DNA of 64,000 nucleotides from Leucoraja ocellata. Lineage: Eukaryota. Where the stretch lies: assembly GCA_036785375.1 (NCBI GenBank), contig JAWMAR010000025.1, positions 3,410,001 through 3,474,000 of the forward strand, given 5' to 3'. Made by a program: the position numbers and the translations under genes. This document shows positions 1-13,600 of this stretch, piece by piece (position 1 is the first letter of the stretch; every line of letters starts with the position of its first letter). Below the pieces are notes generated by a model. That model saw only the letters and a program-made list of their open reading frames with translations. It did not search any database and was not told where the DNA came from.

Positions 1-386
1 ATTTTCTCCAGTCCATTTCAGAAAAAGAAAGTCACAATTTCTAGACACACTCAGGACCCATGAATGTCAATTATATTATAATGTGGCCTATTCTTCACAT
101 CAATTGTTACCTCTCCCATAATAAGCATTACCCTAGTTGGATCAAGCCGGGCTTTGATCAAGGAGCCCTGGTAAAATTGGCATTAAAAGGAAAGAAAGAA
201 GTTGTGATTGAGGTCAGTCATCCAAGCCAGGATACCACTGAAGAGTTCCTCAGGTCACTGTCCCATGTCTATATTGTTTCAAATAAGGGTTTTGCTCATT
301 GAGGCACCGTCTGGAAATAAAGACATTATGGTGATCTGGGAAGCACAATGTCTAATTTGTACACTGCACAATCCCAACCGCAATAA

Positions 387-460
387 TGCCAACCGTGGCC
401 AAGAACCTGCTTCTGGGATGGGCGGTGATTTTCTGTCACAGTCGCAGTCTACTCGGGTGA
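387..460 (+). pseudogene. Remnant of a CD24/CD52-like paralog; only the GPI-signal end of exon 2 survives
   Basis: Reads PTVAKNLLLGWAVIFCHSRSLLG*, homologous to 22027-22092. At ~376 it is fused directly to sequence equivalent to ~18287, so promoter, exon 1, intron and mucin segment are absent. There is an in-frame TAA at 353. Confidence 0.85.
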
Positions 461-780
461 AGCCTCCAATCGACCGAAGGACTGGGACACTGCGGATTTC
501 CATTAATCTCTGCAATGTTGCTATCAATGAATCATATCCAGATTAATATGCTGTAATTCTAATCTGTGATATATCTCTGAGTAAGAATAAGATGTTATTC
601 AGTTTAAAGAGATTGATAAAACACACATTGATTATTGTTCTACAGGAAGTATTTCTTAAGCTACGCCTCGACTTGACCTTTAGTATTTGGGTTTTAATGG
701 CGATATTAAAATTCTGTGATTAAATAATGCATAATTGAGGAATTGTAATCGGATTTTTTATAGTTTGAGCAACATTTGCG

Positions 781-1070
781 TCCAGTGGAGCAACTGATAG
801 AGCTGCAGCCTCACAACGCTGGATACGCGGGTTCGATCCTGACCACGGATGTGTCTGTGTGAAAATGTTGCATGTTCTCTCTGTCACCACGTGGGTTTCT
901 TCCGGCTGCTCCAGTTTCCCCCGACACGGCAAAGACATGCGGGTTGTAAATTGCCCCTAGTGTGTCGGGAGTGTATGAGAAAGTGTGATAGCATTGGAAT
1001 TCGTTTTACGGTCGGGCGTGGACTCTGTGGGCCGAAGGGCCTGTCCCCATGCTGTATCTATAAACTAAAC
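781..1070 (+). mobile_element. tRNA-derived HE1/V-SINE-like SINE
   Basis: B-box GGTTCGATCC at ~831, central gtgggtttct..ccgg..gctcc.gtttcc core, ctaaac-type tail. Paralogous copies at ~22411-22703 and ~44449-44741. Confidence 0.75.
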
Positions 1071-2044
1071 AGGGCTGAATACCTTTACCAGCAATAACAA
1101 AGTCCATCTCATATGCAGTTCACTGTCTTTGCCACACAATAAAATGTTGAGAGGTTCATGGAATTTGAGTCAACGTTATGGAGGCTGGAAAAATCTAGGC
1201 TTCCGAACTCAATCTTTGAGTTACCGCCATTCCTCTCAGTATTGCTTTAATAAATCCATGTATTTTGGCGAGCACAGGGCAGGAGAACAGGAAGATAACT
1301 ATCTCATTCTTTAATCGCAAAGTATGTGATTTGCAATTGAACTGATAGCTTTTGATTTCTCAACTAATAAATTTGGATGGTGATTCATTTCAATTTATAG
1401 ATGACGATGAAGTTGCGCAATGAGGTATAAGCTGCAATCGTGTTACGAACAGGTACCATTTTTACAGACCCGCCCATAACTTATTTTTTGTAAAATGCAC
1501 AAATATCACTCTATATGGTAACCCCACTGACACAATAGTGTAATGAATGGAATTAAAAGCCCATAACATTAATAAGAAAGAACAATTGTAATATATGGAG
1601 ATTAATCCAGTTCTGCCATTCGTAGGGACAACCCTACAGTTAATCAGTCTTTAGAATTTAGTATTATTATTGGAGTTGGTTCACATGTATCATCCATAAC
1701 CTGGGACAACCTGTTTGCTGAATGTGGGCGTTTTATTTACTCTTGCAATACACTTTCCTGGATTTATCTTCCAATGCTCCCAACTGACGTACACTTCATG
1801 TTACTTTCTTCTTCCCTTTTACAGATTCACCAATTCGGAAAATTAGGAATACAGATTATTTAGTGGACACATAGAACAGCAGATGCTGGACTACAAAATA
1901 AGATACAAAGTGCTGGGGTAAATCAGCGGGTCAGGCACATCTCTTGAGGACATCTGGTACGTGGCATTTAGGGGCCAAGTCTGAAGAAGGGTCTGAAGAA
2001 GGGTCTCGACCCAAAACGTCACACAGGAGCAAAATTAGGAACAA

Positions 2045-4680
2045 AATTAGAAACATAGAAAATAGGTGCAGGAGTAGGCCATTCGGCCCTTCAAGCCTGC
2101 GCCATTCAATATGATCATGGCTGATCATCCAACTCAGTATCCCGTACCTGCCTTCTCTCCATACCCGCTGATCCCTTTAGCCACAAGGGCCACATCCAAC
2201 TCCCTCTTAAATATAGCCAATGAACTGGCCTCAACTACCTTCTGTGGAAGAGAATTACACAAATTCACCACTCTCTGTGTAAAAAATGATTTTCTCATCT
2301 CGGTCCTAAAAGACTCTCCTCTTATCCTTAAACTGTAACCCCTAGTTCTGGACTTCCCCGACATCGGGAATAATCTTCCTGCATCTAGCCTGTCCAACCC
2401 CTTAAGAATTCTGTAAGTTTCAATAAGATCCCCCCTCAATCTTCTAAATTCTAGGGTATTCAAGCCACTTCTATCCAGTCTTTCTTCATATGAAAGTCCT
2501 GCCATCCCAGGAATCAGTCTGGTGAACCTTCTCTGTATGGCAAGAATGTCTTTCCTCAGATTAGAAGACCAAAACTGTACGCAATACTCCAGGTGTGGTC
2601 TCACCAAGACCCTGTACAACTGCAGTTGGACCTCCCTGCTCTTATACTCAAATCCTTTTGCTATGAATGCTAACATACCATTTGCATTTTTTCACTGCCT
2701 GCTGCACCTGCATGCCTACTTTCAATGACTGGTGTACCATGACACCCAGGTCTCGTTGCATTTCCCCTTTTCCTAATCGGCCACCATTCAGATAATAGTC
2801 TGCTTTCCTGTTTTTGCCACCAAAGTGGATAACCTCACATTTATCCACATTATACTGCATCTGCCATGCATTTGCCCACTCACCCAACCTACCCAGGTCA
2901 CCTTGCAGCCTCCTAGCATCCTCCTCACAGCTAACACTGCCCCCCAGCTTCGTGTCATCCGCAAACTTCGAGATGTTGCATTCAATCCCCTCATCCAGAT
3001 CATTAATATATATTGTAAATAGCTGGGACCCCAGCACTGAGCCTTGCGGTACCCCACTAGTCACTGCCTGCCATTCTGAAAAGGACCCATTTACTCCTAC
3101 TCTTTGCTTCCTGTGTGCCAGCCAGTTCTCTATCCCCATCAATACTGAACCCCCAATACCGTGTGCTTTAAGTTTGCAAACCAATCTCCTATGTGGGACC
3201 TTGTCGAAAGCCTTCTGAAAGTCCAGATATAACACATCCACTGGTTCTCCCTTATCCACTCTATTAGTTACATCCTTGAAAAATTCTATAAGATTCGTCA
3301 GACATGATTTACCTTTCATAAATACATGCTGACTTTGTCCAATGATTTCACCACTTTCCAAATGTGCTGCTATCCCATCTTTAATAACTGACTCCAGAAT
3401 TTTCCCCACCACCGATGTTAGACTAACTGGTCTGTAATTCCCTGTTTTCTCTCTCCCTCCCTTTTTAAAAAGTGGGGTTACATTAGCTACCCTCCAGTCC
3501 TCAGGAACTACTCCAGAATCTAAAGAGTTTTGAAAAATTATCACTAATGCATCCACTATTTCTGCGGCTACTTCCTTAAGTACCCTGGGATGCAACTTAT
3601 CTGGTCCTGGGGATTTATCGGCCTTTAATCCATTCAATTTACCTAACACCACTTCCCGGCTAACCTGGATTTCACTCAGTTCCTCCATCTCATTTAACCC
3701 CCAGTCCCTTGCTATTTCCGGCAGATTATTTATGTCTTCCTTAGTGAAGACAGAACCAAAGTAGTTATTCAATTGGTCTGCCATGTCCTTGTTCCCCAAG
3801 ATCAATTCACCTGTTTTTGACTGAAAGGGATCTACATTGTTTTAACTAATCTTTTCCTCTTCACATATCTATAAAAACCTTTGCAGTCAGTTTTTATGTT
3901 CCCTGCCAGTTTTCTTAAATAATCTTTTTTCCCTTTCCTAATTAAGCCTTTTGTCCTCCTTTGCTGGACTCTGAATTTCGCCCAGTCCTCTGGTAGGCTG
4001 CTTTTTCAAGGTAATTTGTACGCTTCATCTTTTGTTTTGATACTATCCCTGATTTCCCTTGTTATCCATGGATGCACTACCTTCCCTGATTTATTCTTTT
4101 GCCAAACTGGGATGAACAATTGTTGTAGTTCATCCATGCAGTTTTTAAATGCCTTCCATTGCATATCCACCGTCAACCCTTTAAGAATCATTTGCCAGTC
4201 TATCTTGGCCAATTCATGTCTCATACCCTCTAAGTCACCTTTCTTTAAGTTTAGGACCCTTGTTTCTGAATTAATAATGTCACTCTCCATCCTAATGAAC
4301 TCAACCATATTATGGTCACTCTTGCCCAAGGGGCCCCGCACAACAAGACTGCTAACTAACCCTTCTTCATTACTCAATACCCAGTCTAGAATAGCCTGGT
4401 CTCTCGTTGGTTCCTCTACATGTTGGTTTAGAAAACTATCCCGCATAAATTCCAAGAAATCCTCTTCCTCAGCACCCCTGCCAATTTGATTCACCGAATC
4501 TATATGTAGATTGAAGTCCCCCATTATAACTGTATTACCTTTGTTGCACGCATTTCTAATTTCCTGTTTGATGCCATCCCCAACTCCACTACTACTGTTA
4601 GGTGGCCTGTACACAACTCCCACTAGAGTTTTCTGCCCTTTAGTGTTTCGCACCTCTACCCATATCGATACCACATCCGC
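2045..4680 (-). mobile_element. CR1-clade LINE, 5'-truncated ORF2 (APE endonuclease + RT), frameshifted
   Basis: ORF 4006-4713 has GDFN and SDHN endonuclease motifs. ORF 2648-3805 has KSPGPD, NYRPVSLTS, YLDFQKAFDKV, GVPQGSVLG and KFADDTK. ORF 2134-2676 is the C-terminus. The 3' tail is a ctatgtttcta repeat. Confidence 0.95.
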
Positions 4681-5276
4681 CATTCTGCCCATTGAGTTTA
4701 CTCCGCCATTCAATCATGGCTGATGTATTTTTCCCTCTCACCCCATTCTGCCTTCTCCCAGTAATCTTTGACGCCCTTACTAATCAAGAACCAATGAATC
4801 TCTGCTTCAGAAATACCAACCTATCCATGTCATCCAGGGATGCTGCCTAGCGTAATGAGTTACTCCAGCACTTACTGTTTTTTGATAGATTATCTGGCAC
4901 TGTCTGTACACAGAACTGACTATTGTCTGAAGAAGAGCCTCGACCTGAAACGTCACCTATTCCTTCGTTCCATAGGTGCTGCCTCACCCGCTGAATTTCT
5001 CCAGCATTTTTGTCTACCTTTGATTTTTCCAGCATCTGCAGTTCTTTCTTAAACATTAGAACTATTGTAAGTCACAGGGTTTTTCATGAAAATGGGAATA
5101 ATCAGAATATGCCGCAAATATTCAATCCCGGAAACAACTGGAGAATGAAACAGGTAATAATCTAGGTTAGTGTTATTTCATCCCTCTAATGAATGATCAT
5201 TGAGTCACACAGTAGCTCCCTCCTGTCTGTTTCACCATTGAGTCCATCTACACTAGTCACAAATCCCCCCAGGCTT

Positions 5277-6150
5277 TGTCGTGATTACCGATACTCGATA
5301 TTAAGTCAGGCGACGCGGAGAATTCTTCAAGAAGTTCAAACCTTTATTTGCAAATAAGGGCTGGGACACTCAAAGAGTTAATTGTTTGACTGCCCGCATC
5401 ACACAAAGAGTTGCTTCTTGTTATGGCATGTTTAACTCTGTACATCCCACCCCCAGTATATTTCCATACCCAATCACTTGCAGACATTCCCTTATCAATA
5501 ACCAATCACTCACAGGCAAATCTCCCCTCCTGCCACAGTTATTTTCCATCTTTTAATCCATCCTTGTTTAAATCACACGACTTCTCCTATCTCGGCGACC
5601 TTATCTCTTGTTCATCCAGTGGTCACCACCAGTCACAATGATTTACACTAATCACAAAACAAGCTGCGAAAGAACACAAAAGTTTACACAAGGTTTCCAA
5701 AAACAAACTGCAAAGAATACAGAGCACAACAGTTAAAATACAAGCCGCAAAAATACAAAATTAAAATACAAAGGATATAAGGGGTTGGACAGGCTAGATG
5801 CAGGAAGATTGTTCCCGATGTTGGGGAAGTCCAGATCAAGGGGTCACAGTTTAAGGATAAGGGGAAAATCTTTTCGGATCGAGATGAGAAAAACATTTTT
5901 CATACAGAGAGTGGTGAATCTCTGGAATTCTCTGCCACAGAAGGTAGTTGGGGCCAGTTCATTAGCTATATTTAAGAGGGAGTTTGATGTGGCCCTTGTG
6001 GCTAAAGGGATCAGGGTACTGAGTTGGATGATCAGCCATGATCATGTTGAATGGCGGTGTAGGCTCGAAGGGCTGAATGGCCTATTCCTGCACCTATTGT
6101 CTATTGTCTAAAAGTTAAAAGTTAAAATGACTGATTCCTGTACGTCCATA
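5277..6150. mobile_element. LTR-like insertion containing a CR1 3' fragment (5783-6110, +); copy at ~27266-28139
   Basis: Starts tgtcgtg and is absent from the paralogous site at ~47443. It carries a minus-strand AATAAA. The embedded CR1 end reads RLDAGRLFP...FFIQRVVNLWNSLP. Confidence 0.5.
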
Positions 6151-7065
6151 GCATCCATCAACCCCTACCTCAGTTCTCAATTTTCCTTCCAATCACTTAT
6201 ACTAAGCATGGGCGGAAATCGCTTTTAAAACATGGGGGGGACACAATGAGGCTTAACGTCTAGGACAGGGGTCGGCAACCTACGGCCGAAATCAACCAGC
6301 CCGCAGCCGGTTTTATTTCAATTAGTTTTCGCGACCTGGGTGCTACAGCCAGTTCCAGGACATGCAGGCAACGTGGGCACTACAGCCAGACCTGGGGCAG
6401 GCGAGCCGACCTGGGAACTTCAGCTAGTCCCGGGCTGCTAGATTCTAGGAGCTGGCGGCCTCCAACTGGAATCGGCCTTGAGGGCTCTGGTCAGTGGGTC
6501 AGTCACACTAACACTGTGACATTTGGTAATGACTCACTCTGTATAAATGATATCTGACTTGCCGAGTGTTTCAAGCATTTTCTGTTTCTTTTATTGCAGG
6601 GTTTCAATCACCTGATGCAATTTTTCAACTTTACAATATTTGGGAAACATGACAAACAATAAATTAATGGTTTCGGATGAGGGAGTATAAAAACAAATAC
6701 TGTTGGCAATATTGCTTGAGGGAATAATCTCAGCTGTGTGAAGGGAAGATATATTTAAAAGATCATCAGATGAGGCTTTACCAGTTGAACTAATCTTCTT
6801 CTTCTTGCATATGACCTGCGCAGCCTAATGTTCTTGGACAATTTGTTCTATTTGATCTATTTGTTTGTGCACGTTGGGTTGTTTGCACTAGTCGAAACAG
6901 GGTGGACCACGTGAAGGTTGCAATCTCCCACCCCAGTTGAACTAATGAAAAAAGTGTAATTACAGTTATGAAATGTTCTATAGATTGCCAAACAATCTGA
7001 CAGAGCAGAGCAAATGTATCAGCAAAATTCTGAATAGGACCAAATCACTAAGGGATTAATAATGT

Positions 7066-7314
7066 TGTAGCGGACGCGGAGTTGTCCGATAAACAACGAG
7101 GCAGACACGAAGTTTGTCCGAAAATACTGTCTTTTATTGCTACACAAATTCCCCTCGCTCACCAAGTCCGTGTGTGCGCGGTTAACCCCTTAAATACTCC
7201 CCAGGGGCACCCGAGACCACGCCGTGTCCCCTACCTCTCAGCACTGGGACATTTGGCCCCCCCAAGAGCTGAAGGTTATGTACAGTGTGTGGCCCACCAC
7301 CCAGTGCCGCCACA
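7066..7314. mobile_element. Solo LTR (TG...CA, ~249 bp, 4-bp target-site duplication, Gypsy-like)
   Basis: tgtagcggacgc...gccgccaca, flanked by atgt/ctgt. The empty site attaataatgtgataataat is visible at ~48178-48197. Confidence 0.8.
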
Positions 7315-7805
7315 CTGTGATAATAATATCAATTTAGACAGTAAGTGTAAAGGCATCGAGGCACAGAATTCATAAACTTCTTATCGAGTTCACATCAGAA
7401 GATTAGAATTTGTTCAGCCAGAGCTGAACACACTACTTGGCATCTGCATAAAATGGTGTCTTGTGCTTCTTGTGAGTAGTGGTGCAGAGATTGGTGGAAA
7501 CAGGGCCGGGACGTGAACGCTCTTTCCTTCACCCCATTCATAAACTGAAATAAGGAGAATGTTTTCAGCGATATGTTGTAAATCCATTGAGAAGGGATGG
7601 AAGTGGATGGAACAGGGAGGGTGGTAGAGAGGGAGAGACAAAGGGGAGGGATGGGGGTAAAGGGATCGGTCAGGGAGAAGAAAGGGGTAGATGGGGTCAG
7701 ACAGGAAGGGGAAAGGAATTGCAATTCAGGGATTAGTTATGGGAATGAAGCTTGGTGTTTGGAAGAAGTAGCAATAAGAGAGCATTGTTTCATCATATGT
7801 TTCAT

Positions 7806-8215
7806 TTCTTCTCCGTGGATTGTCACCTTGTCGTGGTGGAGAAGCTTGTGTGGACCTGAGATCCTGAGAACAATGCCGTCTGGAGCTGTGCTCCTGTTAG
7901 GGTCACCCATGGCGGTAAGGTCGAGGGGGAGGTCTCTGACAAAGAGCAATCCTACGAAGAACCTCAACGGTGGAACAGGTGGCGGACGATGGCTGACCTT
8001 AGTGGAGCTTCACAATGGCTGGGATGGCGGATGAAGGCTGCCGCAGAAAAGGGTCTCTGGTCGTCTTGGTCTCCATGTCAGTGGAACCTGACCCAGAATT
8101 GTCAAGGACCGTGGGGTATCTGTCTGTGCACCAGTCTCCCCACGTTAAATAAAGCCACACACAGGTGTCTCCATATAGGGAATAGCACCCTGGAGACACC
8201 CATGGTCAGCCATTA
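7806..8215 (+). mobile_element. RTE-clade LINE 5'-UTR-derived element; copies at ~29795-30205 and ~48675-49070
   Basis: tcaccttgtcgtggtggagaagcttgtgtg...gggtcacccatggcggtaaggtc resembles RTE/BovB-type 5' ends. No coding remnant is evident. Confidence 0.55.
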
Positions 8216-8963
8216 CCGAAGGGTGTCTAAGGTCTAAGGTGGCTGTCAGCATTATGGATATGCTCAATTTTTTGAAGAGGTCACTAAAGACACACTTCAA
8301 ATACGTACAGGTTTGTAGGGTTGCGGCTTCGGAGAGCAGTAGAGGCCGGTTCTCTGGATACATTCAAGAGAGAACTAGATAGGGCTTTTAAAGATAGCGG
8401 AGTCAGGGGATTTGGGGTGAAGGCAGGAACGGGGTACTGATTGGGGATGATCAGCCATGATCACATTGAATGGTGGTGCTGGCCCGAAGGGCCGAATGGC
8501 CTACTCCAGCACTTATTGTCTACTGTCTATTGTCTCAATTACACGTTGCACCTGCCCGTGTTTGGTCCATATCCCACCAAAGCTGTTTCAGGTGATCATT
8601 GGCCAACCTATCCGCACTGACCAATGATCACCTGTACACTAGTTCTATGTCCTACACACGAGAGGGCAATTTAGAGTCGCCATTTAACTTGCTAGCCTTT
8701 GGAATATGTGAGGAAAACAGAGCACGTGGAGAAATCCCACAAACTGTACATTCATTTGATCCAACAAACCCACAACGTTTTTGAATAATCCTACCTGCAT
8801 ATACTCATTGTCAGACACATTATACCCCACAGCCAACAACGGACCATTATGGGCTCCAATTTTTCTTTATCATCATTACTTTATACATATCTTTGTTTCA
8901 TTTATTCTATATATCTCTTATAACCATCTATATCTTTCGTTTCCCTGTCCCCTGACTCTCAGT

Positions 8964-8991
8964 CTGAAGAAGGGTTTCGATCCGAAACGTC
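8964..8991 (+). ncRNA. Minimal hammerhead ribozyme motif in a Penelope-derived terminal repeat
   Basis: CTGAAGA-A-GGGT(TTCG)ATCC-GAAAC-GTC: conserved CUGANGA and GAAA core, stem II, palindromic minimal stem III and a GUC cleavage triplet. Confidence 0.65.
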
Positions 8992-9399
8992 GCATATTCC
9001 TTTTCTCCAGAGATGCTGCCTGGCCCGCTGAATTACTCCAGCTATTTGTGTCTATTTTCCGTAAACCGCCCAAGCCTGTTTTATAATGTTTTATGTGAAA
9101 GATTGTTCATTCTTTTTTCTATAATGTAGACTTTGGTTTCAGGACAATGCTGCATGTGTGAAGCACAATGTGTCCTCTTCATTTTGGTGAGCAGAGTTAA
9201 ATCTAAATCTATCGAATTATCAGCTCTGTCCAAGGGCGTCAGCTGCGATTGAAGATTCGTCTGAAAACGCTGGGGTTAGTCCACAAAGTGGGTATGCGTT
9301 TCACGCACAGTATATTTTGGTAAAGCTTTACAAGTTCATTACTCCAACCTCCCCTCCCCTCCCCTCCCCATCGCCCAATCACTTCAATTTGGGTTGGTA

Positions 9400-10110
9400 T
9401 CTGCTGAGCTCAGCTCAAGGGTTGCAAAAGGTTTTGTGGTGCTGCCGGTGTTCTGTGTCTTTTATTCATCGGGTTTGCATCAACAGCTGAGGTCCCACGA
9501 TGATGAACAGAATCTGGATCTGCGCCTTCATTTGCTGCATCGTGGCTTTTGTGAGCGTTTTGGGAGCCAAGGTACAGAAACTCTTAACAATTCAAACTTG
9601 CAGTGCATGCACTCATCAGTACGAGATGACACCGATTTGGTTCAGAACCTGAGAAATGATTCAAGATTCCAATTAAAGTGTTGCTATGTTGGAGGCATTT
9701 TCCCCCCTTTAGTTTCTGTTAATTGTCTATAAAAAATACAGAGATGAAATGTGTTATATTTTTCTTTTACAGGTCCGAACAGAATTCCAATTTGCCGATG
9801 AGAGTGCTGTCGAAACTGCCGGAGCTGCAGGATTTACCCCAGCCATTGCCAAGGTCCTGATTCTGTCCCTTATTCCAGTCTTCCTGCAGAGAGTTCTGTC
9901 TTAATTCAGTGCTCGAGGTGGCCACTTCCAGCTGATTCATCCATCTCCTTGGAGACCATCCTGCTCTGCTCGCATTCAATCTCCAACTTTGAAATGAGCC
10001 GCTTCATCTCTGCGCCACCCGTCGACCACCGACTGAGATCTGCTTCCCATTCTTCACTCCCTCTCTCTCGCAGCCTAGCCTCCAACGTATTTCCTGAAAT
10101 TAATTTTGCC
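9400..10110 (-). mobile_element. Possible highly degenerate L1-type ORF1 remnant (copy ~31394-32115)
   Basis: Coiled-coil-like fragment EARLRERG...EMKRLISKLEIE followed by a disrupted LEH..RQN segment, with many stops. Weak resemblance only. Confidence 0.25.
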
Positions 10111-10656
10111 TGTGAAACAGCTGGAATCCACAACTTCACTGTTATCAAGGTCGGAGAAAAAAATAATTGAAAGATAACTAAAGTATTGCAGGTCATGAAA
10201 CTGGATGCCCTGCTGGAAGTTTAACATGTTCTCTTTTCATATTTTACTATTTCTATTGTTTCCGTGAGATATGTTGGCATTTCACTTAAAGCCATGTAAA
10301 ATTAGAGAGCAATAAAAAAAATTATACTGTGCCGATAAAGTGTGTCTAGTTATTAATTGTAATTCCTGCAATAAGCGTGTCTATTTTACAGCACAACCTT
10401 AAGGCTGTGTTAACTACATCCCATCCTGAATTAATCCCAGGAAGTCTCCAATTTAAGTCAATTTTCATTATCATACACAAATCTCCTCTTCCTATTGATA
10501 AACAGCATCTGGTGATCACTCAACATATTTGCTGGATGAATGTTATTCTCTTCTGGGACTTTCATAAAAACGTAAATGCTAGGAGCACAATTAGGCCATT
10601 CGGCCCATAAAGTCTACTCCGCCATTCAATCATGGCTGATCTATCTCTCCCTCCTA

Positions 10657-13600
10657 ATATAATAGTAATATTAAACAAGAATTTACCAGTTTGAAGTTTG
10701 ATCTTTATTTTATGAGGCGTTACGTTGAGGGACTACGTGAAGAGACCCCGTCCAGGCGTACACACGTCAATCTTCAAAGCAGTTGCGCGGAATCACAGAT
10801 GATAGTTACCGAAGCATAATAGTAAGCTACGTGAGATAAACTTAAACGTACATTTGATCTTTATGAGGGTGGGAGCGGAGGGCACGTAGTCCCTCAACGT
10901 AACTCCTCATAAAATAACGATCAAACTTCAAACTGGTAAGGTCTCGTTTAATCTTACCACTTTACTTCGGAGTCACGTGAGTGACTACGTGAAGATTTTA
11001 AAGCTTCTGTGATTTCATGCTGTAGATTCAATCCCGGCGTCTCACTGCATCGATTGACTCTAAATGAGTGAAAACAATCAATAATATCCAGCCATAACAT
11101 TAATGTAATCTGTTACTGTTTTTTTATTATTATTTTTTTTTTATCATAACAAAACATTTTTGTCCCCTTTTTTATCGCAGGGAACATTTAATACTGAATC
11201 CAAAACAGCACCACCAAATACACCAGGGTCTGCAATCTCTTTATGGTAATACTTGTGAGACATCCATTCACTTGCCCATCCTGCGGCCGCGAGGATATGG
11301 TCTATTGGAACGTCCAAATCCTTGGCCGCCGATGTTGCTGCCGCCCTGGTGGAATGAGATTTAAATTTGTCAGTATTAATCCCTGCATCAACCACACCTT
11401 TTCCCAGCCACCTCGAGATAGTCTGTACTGACACTTTCTTATGTCTTTTTTTATGGCTGATAAATAATGCTGATTCTGCACCTCTTAAGTCCTTGGTGGT
11501 CTCAATGTAACATTTTAAATGTGCCACTACACATAGTCTTGGATCCCTAGGATATGCTGCAAAGACCAATTTACACCCCGTGACTCCTGGTCTGCTCTGA
11601 GTAAATCATAGACATAGAATTGCCTCTGTTGTCATTCCCATTATGTCTATACGTAATTTATGTAATGTCTGTACTCTTTGTGCTGAAACTAATGCCATTA
11701 GCATGACTACCTTCATGGTAATTTTGTCTAAAGACAAATTTGAAACGGGACTCCATTCCCGAAGTAACATCACTACATCCCTCACATTCCAGATTTCTGT
11801 ATATCTGGGTCTAGGAGGTTTGGCATTGACAATTCCCTTCATGTACCTACAGACCAAAGGGTGTGATCCTAGAACCTGTTGTTCTGATGCTCTCCATAAA
11901 TATACAGCGAGGGCACTCCTTGCTGTATTAATCGCACTATAACTTAAATTGACATCAAAATGCAGTGTTGACAGAACTTCTAAAACATCTAAGATGTCAG
12001 CCGTGTGGTATGAAATATTCTGCCTTGAGCAAAACACCTCCCATTTCTTATTGTAAGAAATGTACTGCTGGGTACTATCCCTCCAGGCTCCTGCAATTAC
12101 ATCCATAGTGCAATCTGATAGTCCTCTTCCAAGATATGGCCTTTTTAGAATCTGCAAATCAACAAATCAATATGATCATGTAAAAGATGAAAATCACCAG
12201 ATACAGGGTGCACAAGTAGGTTTTCTTGTCTTGGAATACCCATAAGAGGTTCTGTGACCTTTTTTTTTACCTTGGTTGTGTAGGCCAATCTGGGACCACC
12301 AACAATCCTGAAGCAGCGTCCTGCTTGATCTTTTGTAGACACCTACTAGTGAGGTGGAGGAAATGCATATGAAACATTCCACCCCAATTTAGCAAGAATG
12401 CATCCACCGCTGTTGCACCTGAAACATATTGAGGCAATTGGTGGTTCAGTTTAGATGCAAACAAGTCAATTTCTGGAATTCCAAATTTTGCAACAATTTT
12501 ATTAAAATTGTCACGATTTAACATCCATTCTGTATTGTCATTAAATTTTCATGACCTGGTGTCTGCAATTATATTGAATAGGTAGATAGCCGAAAGCCAG
12601 ATGTTTTTGAATAATACACCTGTGCCAGATAACGTTTGCCAATCTGTCACAAGACTCTGACTTGATTCCACCCATGTGATTGACATATCCTACCGCAATA
12701 GTGTTGTCAATCTAAACCTACACATGCAGATTTTGCACATTAGAGCAATAAGCTTTAAGCCCATGAAATGTACTTAACAATTCTAGGTAGTTAATTCCAT
12801 GTGCTTCGAGCAAAGGTACCTCTTCCACATTCCATCTACCTCCACAACTGGTAATGGTATCAGTAGCGCCCCAACCTAGCGCACTTGCATCAGTCTGTAG
12901 AATGATAGGAGGTGATTCAACCAGAATTTTCCTTTGCTTGCTGCAGTTGCTGATAATGCAGTGGAACGAACTGCACAGCTGGGAATGAAGCGATTAGATT
13001 CCCAAGTAAGCTCACCACTTGCCTAATTGATGGTTGATGCTCTGTAATGAGTTTGCTACAACCCTCAATTGACTACAGCGGGATTTTGCGGGATTTAATA
13101 TTATTTGACAGTCTCATCCATAGTCTGTTCTTACAACTGATGGGAAATAATATATAGTTAATACTATTTATTCTGCCAGTGGTTGTCCCTTCAGTCTGGG
13201 ACCTGAGAATTTTTGGGCCAGACCTGGTACTTTGGGCTTTATTATTGGGCTTTGGTCCTCATATGATTCATTATCAGAATCTTCTGGATATTCCTCCTCA
13301 TAGTGGGGTTCACCTGGTATTTTGTCTTCAGGTGTTTCCTGCGCTGGCTCTCTTATAGGCCTACGCTTAGTAAACTCTTTATCGGGTATTCCTCTCACAG
13401 GCTCTTCATAGAAGCCATACTCTGAATGGCCCTTTTTTGGTTGCTGCTAATGCTGGATCTCCTGTAGACCAACGCCTGTATTGTCTTTCCTCAGACATTT
13501 CTGGTGCTGGCTCTCTGCTAGGCCAACACATATATTCTTTTCCTTAAGGCATTTCTGGCGCTGGCTCACTTGTAGACCAACGTTTCCCAGGACCTCTCCT

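Noticed and set aside
781-850. tRNA-like A/B-box sequences here and at other SINE heads
   Set aside because: They are SINE heads followed by SINE core and tail. No full cloverleaf is evident.
9771-9905. Strong plus-strand splice acceptor (tttcttttacAG) suggesting an exon
   Set aside because: The downstream sequence differs between copies by substitutions and an indel, hits a stop quickly, and has no linked donor or recognisable product.
11144-12157. Tyrosine recombinase suggesting a phage integrase or horizontal transfer
   Set aside because: It lies within a DIRS retroelement with RNase H remnants, inverted termini and an internal complementary region.
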